Under the pieces are notes generated by a model. It had not been told where the DNA came from and made no database searches. It saw only the letters and a list, made by a program, of their open reading frames with translations. Positions 18,466 through 26,970 of a stretch of 64,000 bases of DNA are shown here, piece after piece. The position numbers were made by a program, and so were the translations under genes. Location: NCBI GenBank assembly GCA_965602785.1, contig CBFDAH010000001.1:633-64632 (forward strand), in the 5' to 3' direction. The stretch is from an uncultured Syntrophobacterales bacterium (GTDB lineage Bacteria > Desulfobacterota > Desulfobaccia > Desulfobaccales > 0-14-0-80-60-11). How positions within the stretch are numbered: the first letter of the stretch is position 1; every line of letters starts with the position of its first letter.

Positions 18466-18567
18466 GAGCTGGCCAACGGTTACGGGAATGGGAGTTGGGT
18501 CAGTCTCCCCCAGCTCCGGCTCTAACCCTTGCTGAAAAAACTGCTGGTTAAAAATGCCCGGGAGGAA

Positions 18568-18876
18568 TTACCTTTCCCATCCAGGCGGCGGAACGGCCAG
18601 GCGAACAAAATTGCCATCCCTGTCCGTGAGGAGGAATTTTTTCCCTGAAGGCAAGCGGAATGCTCTCAGAGTGATGGGCGGGCCTTCATCATAAATGGCC
18701 GGCATCTCGGTTTCCAGCAGTTCTGCCTTCACTTCGGTGACCTCACCTATTTCTTTCCCTTCCACTACCAGAGAGTACGTTTTTTCGGTAACTGTAAAAG
18801 TCACCCCTTCTCCGGCCAGCACTTCTGAAACTTCCTTGAGTTGATCAGTAGGCACATAAAGTTCCATAGTCTTCAC
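18568..18876 (-). CDS. hypothetical protein
   Basis: 102-aa ORF with plausible composition and no motif. Followed by a 340-bp AT-rich ORF-free stretch. Confidence 0.4.
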   Translation of the reverse strand: MKTMELYVPTDQLKEVSEVLAGEGVTFTVTEKTYSLVVEGKEIGEVTEVKAELLETEMPAIYDEGPPITLRAFRLPSGKKFLLTDRDGNFVRLAVPPPGWER

Positions 18877-19213
18877 CTCTGGGTTAGGTCCACCCTGTTA
18901 TCTTTCTTACGATTTCCACCTCTCGATGACTCGATTAGGTGTTTTTTAGATAAGTATCTCGGGACGATATGTCAATGAGGCGAATTTTCCAATTAAGGAT
19001 TATTAGCCCCTACTCTATAGTCTCGTTTTGGAATTTTTAAAAAATTTCTTCCCTTCTAGTTTATTCCCCCCTCTCATTGATAGGTAGGGCTGGGTGGCAG
19101 ATACATTTCGAGATGATGAGGGGAAATTATTCCCCCAACCTTCATCTCCTCCCACCAGGGTAGGGCAAACTATCCTTCTCGAACATTTTCTAAATTATCT
19201 CTGCAATACAACG

Positions 19214-20197
19214 CTATGAATGAATTTCAACAATGTCCCCCTCCTGGAGGAGGTATTCCCGCTGCACCCTTTGGCCCTCGAAGGTCTCCTTGCCCCAGAC
19301 CCGGGCGAACTTGAATTTTTTCCCTAAATCATGATGAATACGGTCGGCCAGCTCCGTGATGGTGGTGCGCACCGGCACCACGAAGGGGGACTTGAAGTTG
19401 GCGGCCTTGCCGGGAACGCGGGTATAAACCCGGATTAGGTCCAGAAATAAAAAGAGGGCGGCCCGGAGTTCGGGGAGGCCCTGGCCGGTTATGGTGGAGA
19501 CGGTCCAGACGGGAAAGCGCTCGCCGAGGACCTCAAGATACAGCTCCAGTTCCTCGGGGTCGGGGATGAGGTCGGTCATATTGAGGACGACGAGGGCCCG
19601 TCGGGGGGTGAGGTTGGGGGGTGGAGAGCCGCCGTCTTGGCCCTGAAGGGCCAGGTGGAAGCCGGCCAGAGTGGCTTCCAGGGCGGCCAGCCGGGCGTCA
19701 GGGTCTTGAGGGGGGGCCAGGATGATGGCGAAGGCATCGGCCCGGCGCAGGAGATCCGGGTACCAGGGCTCCAGATACTCGTCACCCAGGGGGGGGCAGT
19801 CCACCAGCTGCACCTGGACGTTTTCGAAGCGCATCATGCCGGCCAGAGGGATGCGGGTGGTGTAGGGGTAGTCGGCGATAAGGGGCTGGGCCTTGGTCAG
19901 GGCCGCCACGAGGGAGGACTTGCCGGTATTGGGGGGGCCGATGAGGGCCACCTGACCCACCCCTTCACGTTCCACCAGGTACACGGGAGCCCGGCGTCCG
20001 GGGCCCTTACGGGAGGACCCCATATCCTTGAGCTGGGCGATGCGCCGGCGGAGGTCGGCCTTGAGTTTGTCGGTGCCCTTGTGTTTGGGCATGATGGCCA
20101 ACATCTCTTCCAGATACTTGAGCTTTTCACTCACAGACCTGGCCCCCCGGTAGCGCTTCTCCACTTCGAAGTACTGGGGGGGGAGGTTGGCCGGCAT
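19214..20197 (-). CDS. DRG/Obg-like GTP-binding protein with C-terminal TGS domain
   Basis: G1 GPPNTGKSS, then the Mg/G2 region YPYTT. C-terminal TGS-like VWGKETFEGQRVQREYLLQEGDIVEI. Confidence 0.75.
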   Translation of the reverse strand: MPANLPPQYFEVEKRYRGARSVSEKLKYLEEMLAIMPKHKGTDKLKADLRRRIAQLKDMGSSRKGPGRRAPVYLVEREGVGQVALIGPPNTGKSSLVAALTKAQPLIADYPYTTRIPLAGMMRFENVQVQLVDCPPLGDEYLEPWYPDLLRRADAFAIILAPPQDPDARLAALEATLAGFHLALQGQDGGSPPPNLTPRRALVVLNMTDLIPDPEELELYLEVLGERFPVWTVSTITGQGLPELRAALFLFLDLIRVYTRVPGKAANFKSPFVVPVRTTITELADRIHHDLGKKFKFARVWGKETFEGQRVQREYLLQEGDIVEIHS

Positions 20198-20209
20198 AGG
20201 CCCTCCTGA

Positions 20210-20422
20210 TTAAGTTTTTTCGGGAAGAGCGGGCAAGGGCACAGTGGGCACAATCTTAGCGGCGGCGATTTCCCGCAAGGCTACGACGATTTCCTTGTTA
20301 TCCGATTTCACCAGGGCAGGCGCGCCCTTATGGAATTGGCGGACGCGCTTGGCGGCCAGGTGTATCAGGGCAAAGCGGTTGGGGACCTGTCGCAGACAGT
20401 CTTCAATGGTGACACGGGCCAT
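20210..20422 (-). CDS. rpoZ: DNA-directed RNA polymerase subunit omega
   Basis: [30 protein letters not shown] matches the RpoZ N-terminal signature. 70 aa. Confidence 0.85.
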   Translation of the reverse strand: MARVTIEDCLRQVPNRFALIHLAAKRVRQFHKGAPALVKSDNKEIVVALREIAAAKIVPTVPLPALPEKT

Positions 20423-20515
20423 GTACTAGTCCTCTTTTATTATCAGGATCAGACGCCGCCGGGATTGGCGGCGAGCTGTTTTCACATACCAGCCTGAAAG
20501 CTAGCGTTACAGATA

Positions 20516-20743
20516 TTATCGGTTGAATTGTGATGGAATGCAAACGGGTTGGTCTTGTTTGGCAGCTCGTTTGCCCTTTTTGGTTTTCCCTTTATTCCTG
20601 GCAAGCCTGTCTCGCTTCTGCTGAAGCAGCTTTTTACACTCCTGAGGTTCCAGAATGCGGCCGCAACCCGGGCAGCAGGCTTCGATAGCCTTTCAATGGG
20701 TCCGCAGGACAATTTTAGCGCTCTGGCAATATGGACACAACAT
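20516..20743 (-). pseudogene. small zinc-ribbon ORF interrupted by an in-frame TGA (nonsense pseudogene, or a recoded/selenocysteine candidate)
   Basis: Hand translation: MLCPYCQSAKIVLRTH-TGA-KAIEACCPGCGRILEPQECKKLLQQKRDRLARNKGKTKKGKRAAKQDQPVCIPSQFNR-TAA. The CxxC...CxxC pair straddles the TGA at 20693-20695. Not in the ORF track. Confidence 0.35.
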
Positions 20744-20828
20744 AGATTTAATGCGCCGGGCATTAGCCGCTGACCACCTAAGCACTGTGTTGGACTATGG
20801 TTGTGTCGGGATCGGCTGGATACCCTTG

Positions 20829-21500
20829 TTAAGCTATGACCTTCTCCAATAAACCGAACATCTCAGTCGGAGATGAGGTTATCGCTGTTGCCCCAAGGCT
20901 TATGGCTGTGTCCCCATATTCTTTTGAGGATCGAAAGGTAGTAAATATGATGAATGGTATTGTCTTATTATGTTCTCTGATTCGTTGTAATAATTCTAAT
21001 CCAGCAGTTTCTTTGTATGCCCCATCTTCAGTACGTCCCATATCGGAAATAATAACACCATAATTAGTCTTGTCAAATAGCCGTAGGCCTTTAGATGTCG
21101 ACACTGCTGTATCAACTTTAATGCCTTTATCTGAGAGCTGTTGGAATAAATAGCTATTATTCTTGGGCTGGTCGTCAACCCATAGAATAGACCTAGCGAC
21201 AGGAGGCGCTGTCACCAGGACTCTCTCGAGTCTTTCGGCTGGTACCGGCTGCACAACCCCTTCGATCCTCTTCTGGATATCGATCACCTGGGCCTGAAGA
21301 TCAGCGATGAGAGTGCGCTGCTGTTCGCTGGCTTCCTCCATCGTCAGTTCCTGGCCGCCGATCTTCAAGGTGAACTTCCGTGATTTGGCAGATTCGATGA
21401 GCGCCGCAACGGCAGGCCGAAACAGAACAATTAATAGGATAATGATGGCAGGCCATGCTAGTGTTGCAAGTCCCTCAAGTAATTTAGAAACGTCTGTCAT
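20829..21500 (-). CDS. membrane-anchored coiled-coil protein with a C-terminal receiver (REC)-like domain
   Basis: N-terminal TM (LATLAWPAIIILLIVLF). C-terminus ILWVDDQPKNN...YGVIISDMGR...IPFIIFTT has the REC acidic pocket and phospho-acceptor pattern. The 3' half is markedly AT-rich. Confidence 0.55.
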   Translation of the reverse strand: MTDVSKLLEGLATLAWPAIIILLIVLFRPAVAALIESAKSRKFTLKIGGQELTMEEASEQQRTLIADLQAQVIDIQKRIEGVVQPVPAERLERVLVTAPPVARSILWVDDQPKNNSYLFQQLSDKGIKVDTAVSTSKGLRLFDKTNYGVIISDMGRTEDGAYKETAGLELLQRIREHNKTIPFIIFTTFRSSKEYGDTAISLGATAITSSPTEMFGLLEKVIA

Positions 21501-21529
21501 TGCTGTCTCTCCTTTGGCCTACCATCCCA

Positions 21530-22276
21530 TTACAAATATCGGGAGAGGCGGGGGAGGGACGGATCCACCTGGCGGCACTCCCGCAATAGAGCGTTAACAT
21601 AAAGCCAGACAAAGCTCATGAGGAATTCCGGACCGTATTTTTTGGCGCCGTGGCTGTCAAAGGCCACTTCACTGCCGGTGTCGTTGCGGCGCAGGCGAAA
21701 GGCCAGATCCCCCAGGATGGGCCAAATTGCCTGCCAGCCGCCGGGAACTGCCTGGCACGTTCCAACGTCCAGGCGAGCCATGGCCACCTTCACCAGATCC
21801 AGGGTGAGGAGCTCGAGAAGCTCCTCCCGGGGCCCCAGGGCCGTCTCCTTGATGGGGGAGGCGGCGGTGGGGGCGAACTCCGAGAAGGGGAGCCACTCGG
21901 GGCCCGGGGCGGCCTCGATCAGTGGAAAGGAGCCCCGACCGTAGCGGGCCAATACGGCCAGGAAGTCCCAGGCGAAGACATAAGCGTCTTCGGTGGGGAC
22001 TACCAGGCTCTTCCTGGCGAACAGCACCCGGAGGTCAGCGCCATGCTCGGGGTCGTGGTCGAAAAGCCAATAGAGCTCCAGGGGCCGGAAAGGACGCTGG
22101 CGCATGACCCACTTGATGCTGGGGTAGGGCCGCCCTTCCAGCAGCTCGCCCCGCATCAGTTGGGCCAGGAGTCCGGGGTCGAGGGACAGCAAACCTTCCA
22201 GGTCCTGGCGGTATTTCTTGCGGACGTACTGCCGCACCTGGGCGTCCCAACCCCAGCCTGCTTCGAAATGCTGCAA
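21530..22276 (-). CDS. hypothetical protein
   Basis: 248-aa ORF, 29 nt from both neighbours on the same strand. No motif recognised. Confidence 0.45.
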   Translation of the reverse strand: MQHFEAGWGWDAQVRQYVRKKYRQDLEGLLSLDPGLLAQLMRGELLEGRPYPSIKWVMRQRPFRPLELYWLFDHDPEHGADLRVLFARKSLVVPTEDAYVFAWDFLAVLARYGRGSFPLIEAAPGPEWLPFSEFAPTAASPIKETALGPREELLELLTLDLVKVAMARLDVGTCQAVPGGWQAIWPILGDLAFRLRRNDTGSEVAFDSHGAKKYGPEFLMSFVWLYVNALLRECRQVDPSLPRLSRYL

Positions 22277-22305
22277 GGGTACTAAATTGTTGAAGAGAGC
22301 CTGGC

Positions 22306-22701
22306 TCAGCCCTTTTTTTCCTCCACTTTCTTAATAAACTTCTCTGCATTAATTATAAATCGTTCGAGGACAGCCTCGCCAATCTTTTCTTTTTCATCAA
22401 AGGCCTCCGCCTGGAAGGTGAGCTTGCGGCCATCCACCGCGGTGACCTGAGTTTTGGCTCGGACCTCCATGCCCAACGGCGTGGGAGCCATGTGCTTCAG
22501 GTTCATGCTGATGCCCACCGATTGCTCCCCGGGGCCCAGATGAGGGGCCATGAGTTCGGCGCTAACCCCTTCGAACAAACCCACCAGAAAGGGGGTGCCG
22601 AAGACGTCAGGCAGATGGGTGAAAAAATGGCGAGCGGAATGCTCCGGGCCGGTCTTCAGGACCTTTTCATGGGTCATGCCAACCGAAAAAGGAGAGCTCA
22701 T
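22306..22701 (-). CDS. hotdog-fold thioesterase
   Basis: 131 aa. The pattern FGTPFLVGLFE...VGISMNLKHMAPTPLGMEV...GRKLTFQAEAFDEKEKIGEA resembles the fluoroacetyl-CoA thioesterase-like hotdog family. Confidence 0.65.
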   Translation of the reverse strand: MSSPFSVGMTHEKVLKTGPEHSARHFFTHLPDVFGTPFLVGLFEGVSAELMAPHLGPGEQSVGISMNLKHMAPTPLGMEVRAKTQVTAVDGRKLTFQAEAFDEKEKIGEAVLERFIINAEKFIKKVEEKKG

Positions 22702-22726
22702 GTGACCTCCTGGTTATGGGATATGT

Positions 22727-22908
22727 GGGGGAGGGGGCTAAGGAGCGCAGCCCCTTACCCCCTCCCCCACACCCCCTCCCCCAATCCCTTATGGGGAATT
22801 ATCCCGGGAAAGTGAAGGCCAAAGGCCTCGCCTTTTCCTGGCCTAGATGCGGGTTGGGAGGGGGGTGGGGGGGGAGGGCAGGGACCACTGGTCCCTGGCC
22901 CTCCCCCC
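22727..22908. repeat. composite G/C-tract inverted-repeat element (copy B)
   Basis: GGGGGAGGGGGCTAAGGAGCGCAGCCCCTTACCCCCTCCCCC ... CCCCCAATCCCTTATGGGG ... GCGGGTTGGGAGGGG ... GGGGGGAGGGCAGGGACCACTGGTCCCTGGCCCTCCCCCC. Fills the whole gap between two convergently oriented... same-strand genes 22306..22701 and 22925..23530. Confidence 0.85.
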
Positions 22909-22924
22909 ACAAAAACTATAACTA

Positions 22925-23530
22925 TTACACCGCCAGGGGGGTGAGTTTGATGGGGCCGAAATTTTCCCCTTGGGCCAGGCGGCGGCCCAGGTCCGTGGCG
23001 GCGGTAAGCATTTCCGGTTGTTGCAGGATCTCGTCCTTGTCGTCCACGCCTCGGACGAGGATCTCGGCAGCGTAGGAGACGTTGATGGCATCAAAGAAAT
23101 ACTTGGCCACCAGTCGGGCACCCACGAACAGGAGTTTGCCGTGAGTGGCGCCGGTGCACAGCAGCACCCCCTGGCGCTCCGGGCCGGGGAAGTCTTGCTT
23201 GACCACGTAGCGGCGAGCCCAGAGAGCCTGGGTGCGGTCTATAAAAGCCTTGGCCTGAGCCGAAACACTATAGAAAAAGATAGGGGAGGCCAGGACCACC
23301 ACGTCGGCCTCCAGGAGCTTGTCATACAAGGGGCGCATATCGTCCTTGATGGGGCAGGTGCCATCTTTGAAGCAGTGGTAGATTTCCTGGCAAGGTGAGA
23401 TCTTGACCTCGCGCAGGGCAATCCTTTCCACTTCCGCTCCTCCCTGGAGGGCCCCGTCGATGAAGGCGTTCAAGAGGGTCTCGGAGTTGCCGCCCCGGCG
23501 GGGGCTTCCCCAGATGGCCAGGAATTTCAT
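22925..23530 (-). CDS. NADPH-dependent FMN reductase / iron-sulfur flavoprotein family protein
   Basis: Start moved to ATG 23530 (AAGGAG RBS 6 nt upstream). MKFLAIWGSPRRGGNSETLL is a flavodoxin-like P-loop. VVLASPIFFYSVSAQAK. Confidence 0.7.
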   Translation of the reverse strand: MKFLAIWGSPRRGGNSETLLNAFIDGALQGGAEVERIALREVKISPCQEIYHCFKDGTCPIKDDMRPLYDKLLEADVVVLASPIFFYSVSAQAKAFIDRTQALWARRYVVKQDFPGPERQGVLLCTGATHGKLLFVGARLVAKYFFDAINVSYAAEILVRGVDDKDEILQQPEMLTAATDLGRRLAQGENFGPIKLTPLAV

Positions 23531-23739
23531 GCCGGTCTCCTTGTGCACCCGAATTGTGAAGGTCTAGGGTACGTTAGGTCAGGGGTTGCTATTTTATAGA
23601 GAATGCATATATCAGAATAATAAAGGATAGAGAAAGAGGTGGCTCTTTGTCAAGTCCGCTCTGGGGACCTCAGGATACCGGGGCACTCGCCTGAAACAAG
23701 CGCTGGCCGTTAACTTATGTCGCCAAGAGCATATCCAAA

Positions 23740-23768
23740 TTGCACAGGGAAAGACATTTTGATATAAA
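23740..23768 (+). promoter_or_regulatory. candidate sigma70-type promoter for the redoxin gene
   Basis: TTGCAC (23740-23745), 17-nt spacer, TATAAA (23763-23768). About 45 nt upstream of ATG 23812, which has an AGGAG RBS. Confidence 0.35.
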
Positions 23769-23811
23769 CCCGTAAACAAGATGGTACCAAACTTTTCAGA
23801 AGGAGAACTGC

Positions 23812-24315
23812 ATGGCACGAAAAAGCACCAACGGTCTCGGCGCAGTCCTCCGGGGCCTGATGGCGGTGATGGTGGTCATGGTCCTGGCGACGTCGGGCTG
23901 GGCCGGTGGCCAAGCCCCAGATTTTAAACTGCCGGACGTCCTTAACGGCAAGGAGTACAGCCTCAGCCAGTTCAAGGGCAAAGTGGTGATGATCAACTTT
24001 TTCACCTTCTTTTGCGGTCCGTGCCGGGAGGAGATGCCGGAGCTGAACCAAATTTATCACGAATTAAAGGGTCAGGGCTATGTCACTCTGGGGATCGGGC
24101 TGTCATCCGATCCTACCCAACTCAGGTTTCTGGTCAAACAGTTGGGTCTGAACTATCCCGTTCTGGTAGGAACCGACAAGGTGAGCCAGGACTACGGCAA
24201 TGTGCAGGTCGTGCCCACCACCTTCATCATCGATAAGCAGGGGAAAATCGTGCACAAGGTTCTGGGAGCAAGACAGAAGGAAGTTTTTGTGAAGATGATC
24301 AAGCCGCTGCTTTAG
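23812..24315 (+). CDS. TlpA/ResA-like thiol:disulfide oxidoreductase (redoxin)
   Basis: Signal/anchor sequence, then APDFKLPD...KVVMINFFTFFCGPCREEMPEL with a CxxC active site. Confidence 0.8.
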   Translation: MARKSTNGLGAVLRGLMAVMVVMVLATSGWAGGQAPDFKLPDVLNGKEYSLSQFKGKVVMINFFTFFCGPCREEMPELNQIYHELKGQGYVTLGIGLSSDPTQLRFLVKQLGLNYPVLVGTDKVSQDYGNVQVVPTTFIIDKQGKIVHKVLGARQKEVFVKMIKPLL

Positions 24316-24340
24316 AAGTATCTCCAAGCATGGCAACGAC

Positions 24341-24370
24341 AAAGGGCAGGCCTCCTACGGCCTGCCCTTT
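24341..24370. terminator. bidirectional hairpin between convergent genes
   Basis: AAAGGGCAGGCC-TCCTAC-GGCCTGCCCTTT: perfect 12-bp stem flanked by A/T residues, between the convergent 3' ends at 24315 and 24467. Confidence 0.5.
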
Positions 24371-24466
24371 GTCATTAAATGGAGCCTGTCACGAAATTTT
24401 TTTACGGGGCGAACCCGGGGACCAAAGGCTCTCCTCTTCCACAAGACTAGGTGCAGCATTCTCACG

Positions 24467-25312
24467 TTACCCACCGGCTTCCCGGTCCAGGCAGGTTTTT
24501 ATAAACCGGGTTGCCTCCGGCGCCAGGGGCAAGGGTTTTTTGGCCAGCGACGACACGGGCATGAGCCCCATGAGGGAATTGGCCAGCCAGAGGCCGTCGG
24601 CCTCCTTGAGGTCTGAGAGGTGAAGGGGTACTCGTTCCAGCTTTTTCCCGTGGCGTTGCAGGGCGCGGGTCAGGACCGCCATCGTCACCCCCGGCAGGGC
24701 GCTGGCCGCCGCGGGGGTAACGTACCGGCTATCCCGGAAAACCACCAGACTGGTGGCGGCGCCCTCGGAGACCAGGCCGTCCGCTTCGAGGACCAGGGCC
24801 TCCCGGGCTCCCTTATCCAGAGCGTACTGCCGGGCCGCCAGGTAAAAGAGATAATTCAGGCTCTTGTGGCCCCCTATAAAAATGGTGCGTCTCTCTGGAA
24901 AGACTTCCACCGGCCAGCCCGCGGTGTATTCTTCGGGGCCGGGCGGGGTATATCTTCGGGCCCACACGACCAGGGTGGGAGAGGAAGCCGCCGGCAGACC
25001 CAAACCGTCCGCCTGCCCCCGGGTGAGAAGAATTTTTACGGCGGCTAAACCTTGCTGCAGGCCGTTTGCCTCAAGAAGTTGAGAGAGGCACGCCTCCCAG
25101 GTCGTTTCTTTGGGAAAAGAAATGTTGAAGGCTCGGGCCGAGGCGCGCAGGCGCTCTATATGCTCTTCTAGAAAGAGGGGACGACCATCCTCTACTCTCA
25201 AAGTTTCGAAAAACCCGTCCCCATAGAGGAATCCCCGATCCTCCACGGACACCCGGGCCCGAGACAGGGGCACCAACCCTTCATTCAGCCAGACAAAAGT
25301 CTGCTCTTGCAT
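24467..25312 (-). CDS. pabC: aminodeoxychorismate lyase / class IV aminotransferase-fold protein
   Basis: Start moved to ATG 25312. RGFLYGDGFFETLRV and the later class-IV fold pattern. Follows pabB on the same strand. Confidence 0.7.
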   Translation of the reverse strand: MQEQTFVWLNEGLVPLSRARVSVEDRGFLYGDGFFETLRVEDGRPLFLEEHIERLRASARAFNISFPKETTWEACLSQLLEANGLQQGLAAVKILLTRGQADGLGLPAASSPTLVVWARRYTPPGPEEYTAGWPVEVFPERRTIFIGGHKSLNYLFYLAARQYALDKGAREALVLEADGLVSEGAATSLVVFRDSRYVTPAAASALPGVTMAVLTRALQRHGKKLERVPLHLSDLKEADGLWLANSLMGLMPVSSLAKKPLPLAPEATRFIKTCLDREAGG

Positions 25313-25327
25313 AGGTTTTGGTTTCTT

Positions 25328-25370
25328 GGGGGAGGGGGCGAAGGGTCGCAGACCCTTCCCCCCTCCCCCC
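25328..25370. repeat. single G/C-tract hairpin unit between pabB and pabC
   Basis: GGGGGAGGGGGCGAAGGGTCGCAGACCCTTCCCCCCTCCCCCC occupies most of the 66-nt pabB-pabC gap. Confidence 0.85.
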
Positions 25371-25378
25371 ACAAAATG

Positions 25379-26773
25379 TCATTCCCCTTCTATCAGCCGG
25401 AACAAGGTGCGGCCCTTGTGCAGGGTTTCCTCGTATTCTTCCGCCTCATCCGAGTCATAGACCACGCCGCCGCCCACAGAGAAGTGCCCCCAGCCGTTTG
25501 CCACAATGGCGGTGCGGATGGCCACATTCAGGTCCATATTGCGGTGCAGGCCCAGGTAGCCCAGGGCTCCGGTGTAGACGTGGCGCACCGTGGGCTCCAG
25601 TTCGTCGATGATTTCCATGGACCGGATCTTGGGGCACCCCGTGATGGAGCCTCCTGGGAAGGTGGCCCGCAGAATATCCACATGGCTGGTCCCCTCCGTA
25701 AGTTCTCCGGTGACGATGGACACCAGATGATAAACATTCTGGTAGGCCTCCAGGCGCTTGTGCTCTTTCACCTTGACGCTGCGGGCCCGGCAGACCTTGC
25801 CCAGGTCGTTCCGCAACAGGTCCACGATCATGGAGAGTTCAGCGTCGTCCTTGAGACTGTCTGCCAGTTCCCGCCGGTAGGTCTCGTCCTCCTCGGGGGT
25901 GCGGCCCCGGGGACGGGTGCCTTTGATGGGCCGGGTTTCTAAATAATCTCCCTGCCGGAGAAGGAAGCGCTCCATGGAAGTGGACATGATGACGAAGTCC
26001 CGACAGTTGAGATACGCATAAAACGGCGCCGGGTTGAGGGCGAAGAGCCGGCGAAAAAGGATATAGGGGTCGCCCGTCAAGGGGAAGGAGAAGCGCTGAG
26101 AAAGGTTGACCTGGTAAACGTCACCACTTTTTATGTACTCCCGGATGCAACTCACCGCCTCAAGATAACCATACCGGCTGAAGTTGCTCCTCAGGCTGCC
26201 GACCTGGAATTCCCCGGCATCCTGATCCTCCAGGGGAACTGACTCGTTCCGGCTCCTGAGCAGGCGGCCTTGGGGGTCCTCCCAGAGCACCTCCACCTCC
26301 CAAAACTTTCCGGCGTGGCGATCATGAACCACCACCCGTCGGGGAAAAGCGAAAACCATTTCAGGGAGATGGAGGTCATCCTTGGCCGTGACGGGAAGGC
26401 GCTCCAGGTGGTTTTTCAGATCATAGGCCAGAAAACCCAGTCCCCCGGCAGCGAAGGGCGCGAGGGGCAGGGAGCCGGGCAGCTCCAGGGCAGCCAGGAG
26501 ATCATCCAGGACCTGAAAGGGATTACCGGTCAATTCGATGGATACCGTATCCCCGGTAATTGTCACCCGGTCTCCCTTCGACCTGATGACCAGAAAGGGG
26601 TCCCAGCCCATGAGAGAATGAGAGGCGCAATCCAGATCGCCGCCGCTCAAAAGAAGCATGGCATAAGGCCGCCGCCGGTAAGGCGCGAACAATTCAGCTA
26701 AATCCGCGCCTTCTCTGGAAGGCTGAAAAGGCCGCACCACAATATCTACAATCCGTCCAAACATGTTTTTCAT
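25379..26773 (-). CDS. pabB: aminodeoxychorismate synthase component I (chorismate-binding enzyme)
   Basis: Chorismate-binding motifs FPGGSITGCPKIRSMEIIDELE and RHVYTGALGYL. Flanked by pabA- and pabC-like genes. Start taken at MKNMFGR (26773); upstream codons run into a repeat. Confidence 0.75.
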   Translation of the reverse strand: MKNMFGRIVDIVVRPFQPSREGADLAELFAPYRRRPYAMLLLSGGDLDCASHSLMGWDPFLVIRSKGDRVTITGDTVSIELTGNPFQVLDDLLAALELPGSLPLAPFAAGGLGFLAYDLKNHLERLPVTAKDDLHLPEMVFAFPRRVVVHDRHAGKFWEVEVLWEDPQGRLLRSRNESVPLEDQDAGEFQVGSLRSNFSRYGYLEAVSCIREYIKSGDVYQVNLSQRFSFPLTGDPYILFRRLFALNPAPFYAYLNCRDFVIMSTSMERFLLRQGDYLETRPIKGTRPRGRTPEEDETYRRELADSLKDDAELSMIVDLLRNDLGKVCRARSVKVKEHKRLEAYQNVYHLVSIVTGELTEGTSHVDILRATFPGGSITGCPKIRSMEIIDELEPTVRHVYTGALGYLGLHRNMDLNVAIRTAIVANGWGHFSVGGGVVYDSDEAEEYEETLHKGRTLFRLIEGE

Positions 26774-26783
26774 GATGATGTTT

Positions 26784-26970
26784 GGGGGGAGGGCCAGGAA
26801 CCTGAGGTCCCTACCCTCCCCCCAAGCCCCCCTCCCAACCCGCATAGGGGGCTGGAGAAGGGGGGGCCTTGCAGCCCCGCCTTCTCCAGCTTCTTATTAC
26901 CCCCCTATGGGATTGGGGGTGGGGGTTTGGGGGAGGGGGCAGGGGTCTAAGACCCCTGGCCCCCTCCCTC
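26784..26970. repeat. composite G/C-tract inverted-repeat element (copy C) between pabA and pabB
   Basis: GGGGGGAGGGCCAGGAACCTGAGGTCCCTACCCTCCCCCC ... CCCCTCCCAACCCGCATAGGGGG ... CTGGAGAAGGGGGGGCCTTGCAGCCCCGCCTTCTCCAG ... GGGATTGGGGGTGGGGG ... GGGGGAGGGGGCAGGGGTCTAAGACCCCTGGCCCCCTCCC. Confidence 0.85.

Noticed and set aside
20482-20773. Track ORFs 20482..20763 (-) and 20549..20773 (+).
   Set aside because: The 93-aa minus ORF is a different frame of the zinc-ribbon region and has an implausible sequence. The plus ORF is antisense with Phe/Leu-rich low complexity. The CxxC-containing frame is the only protein-like reading.
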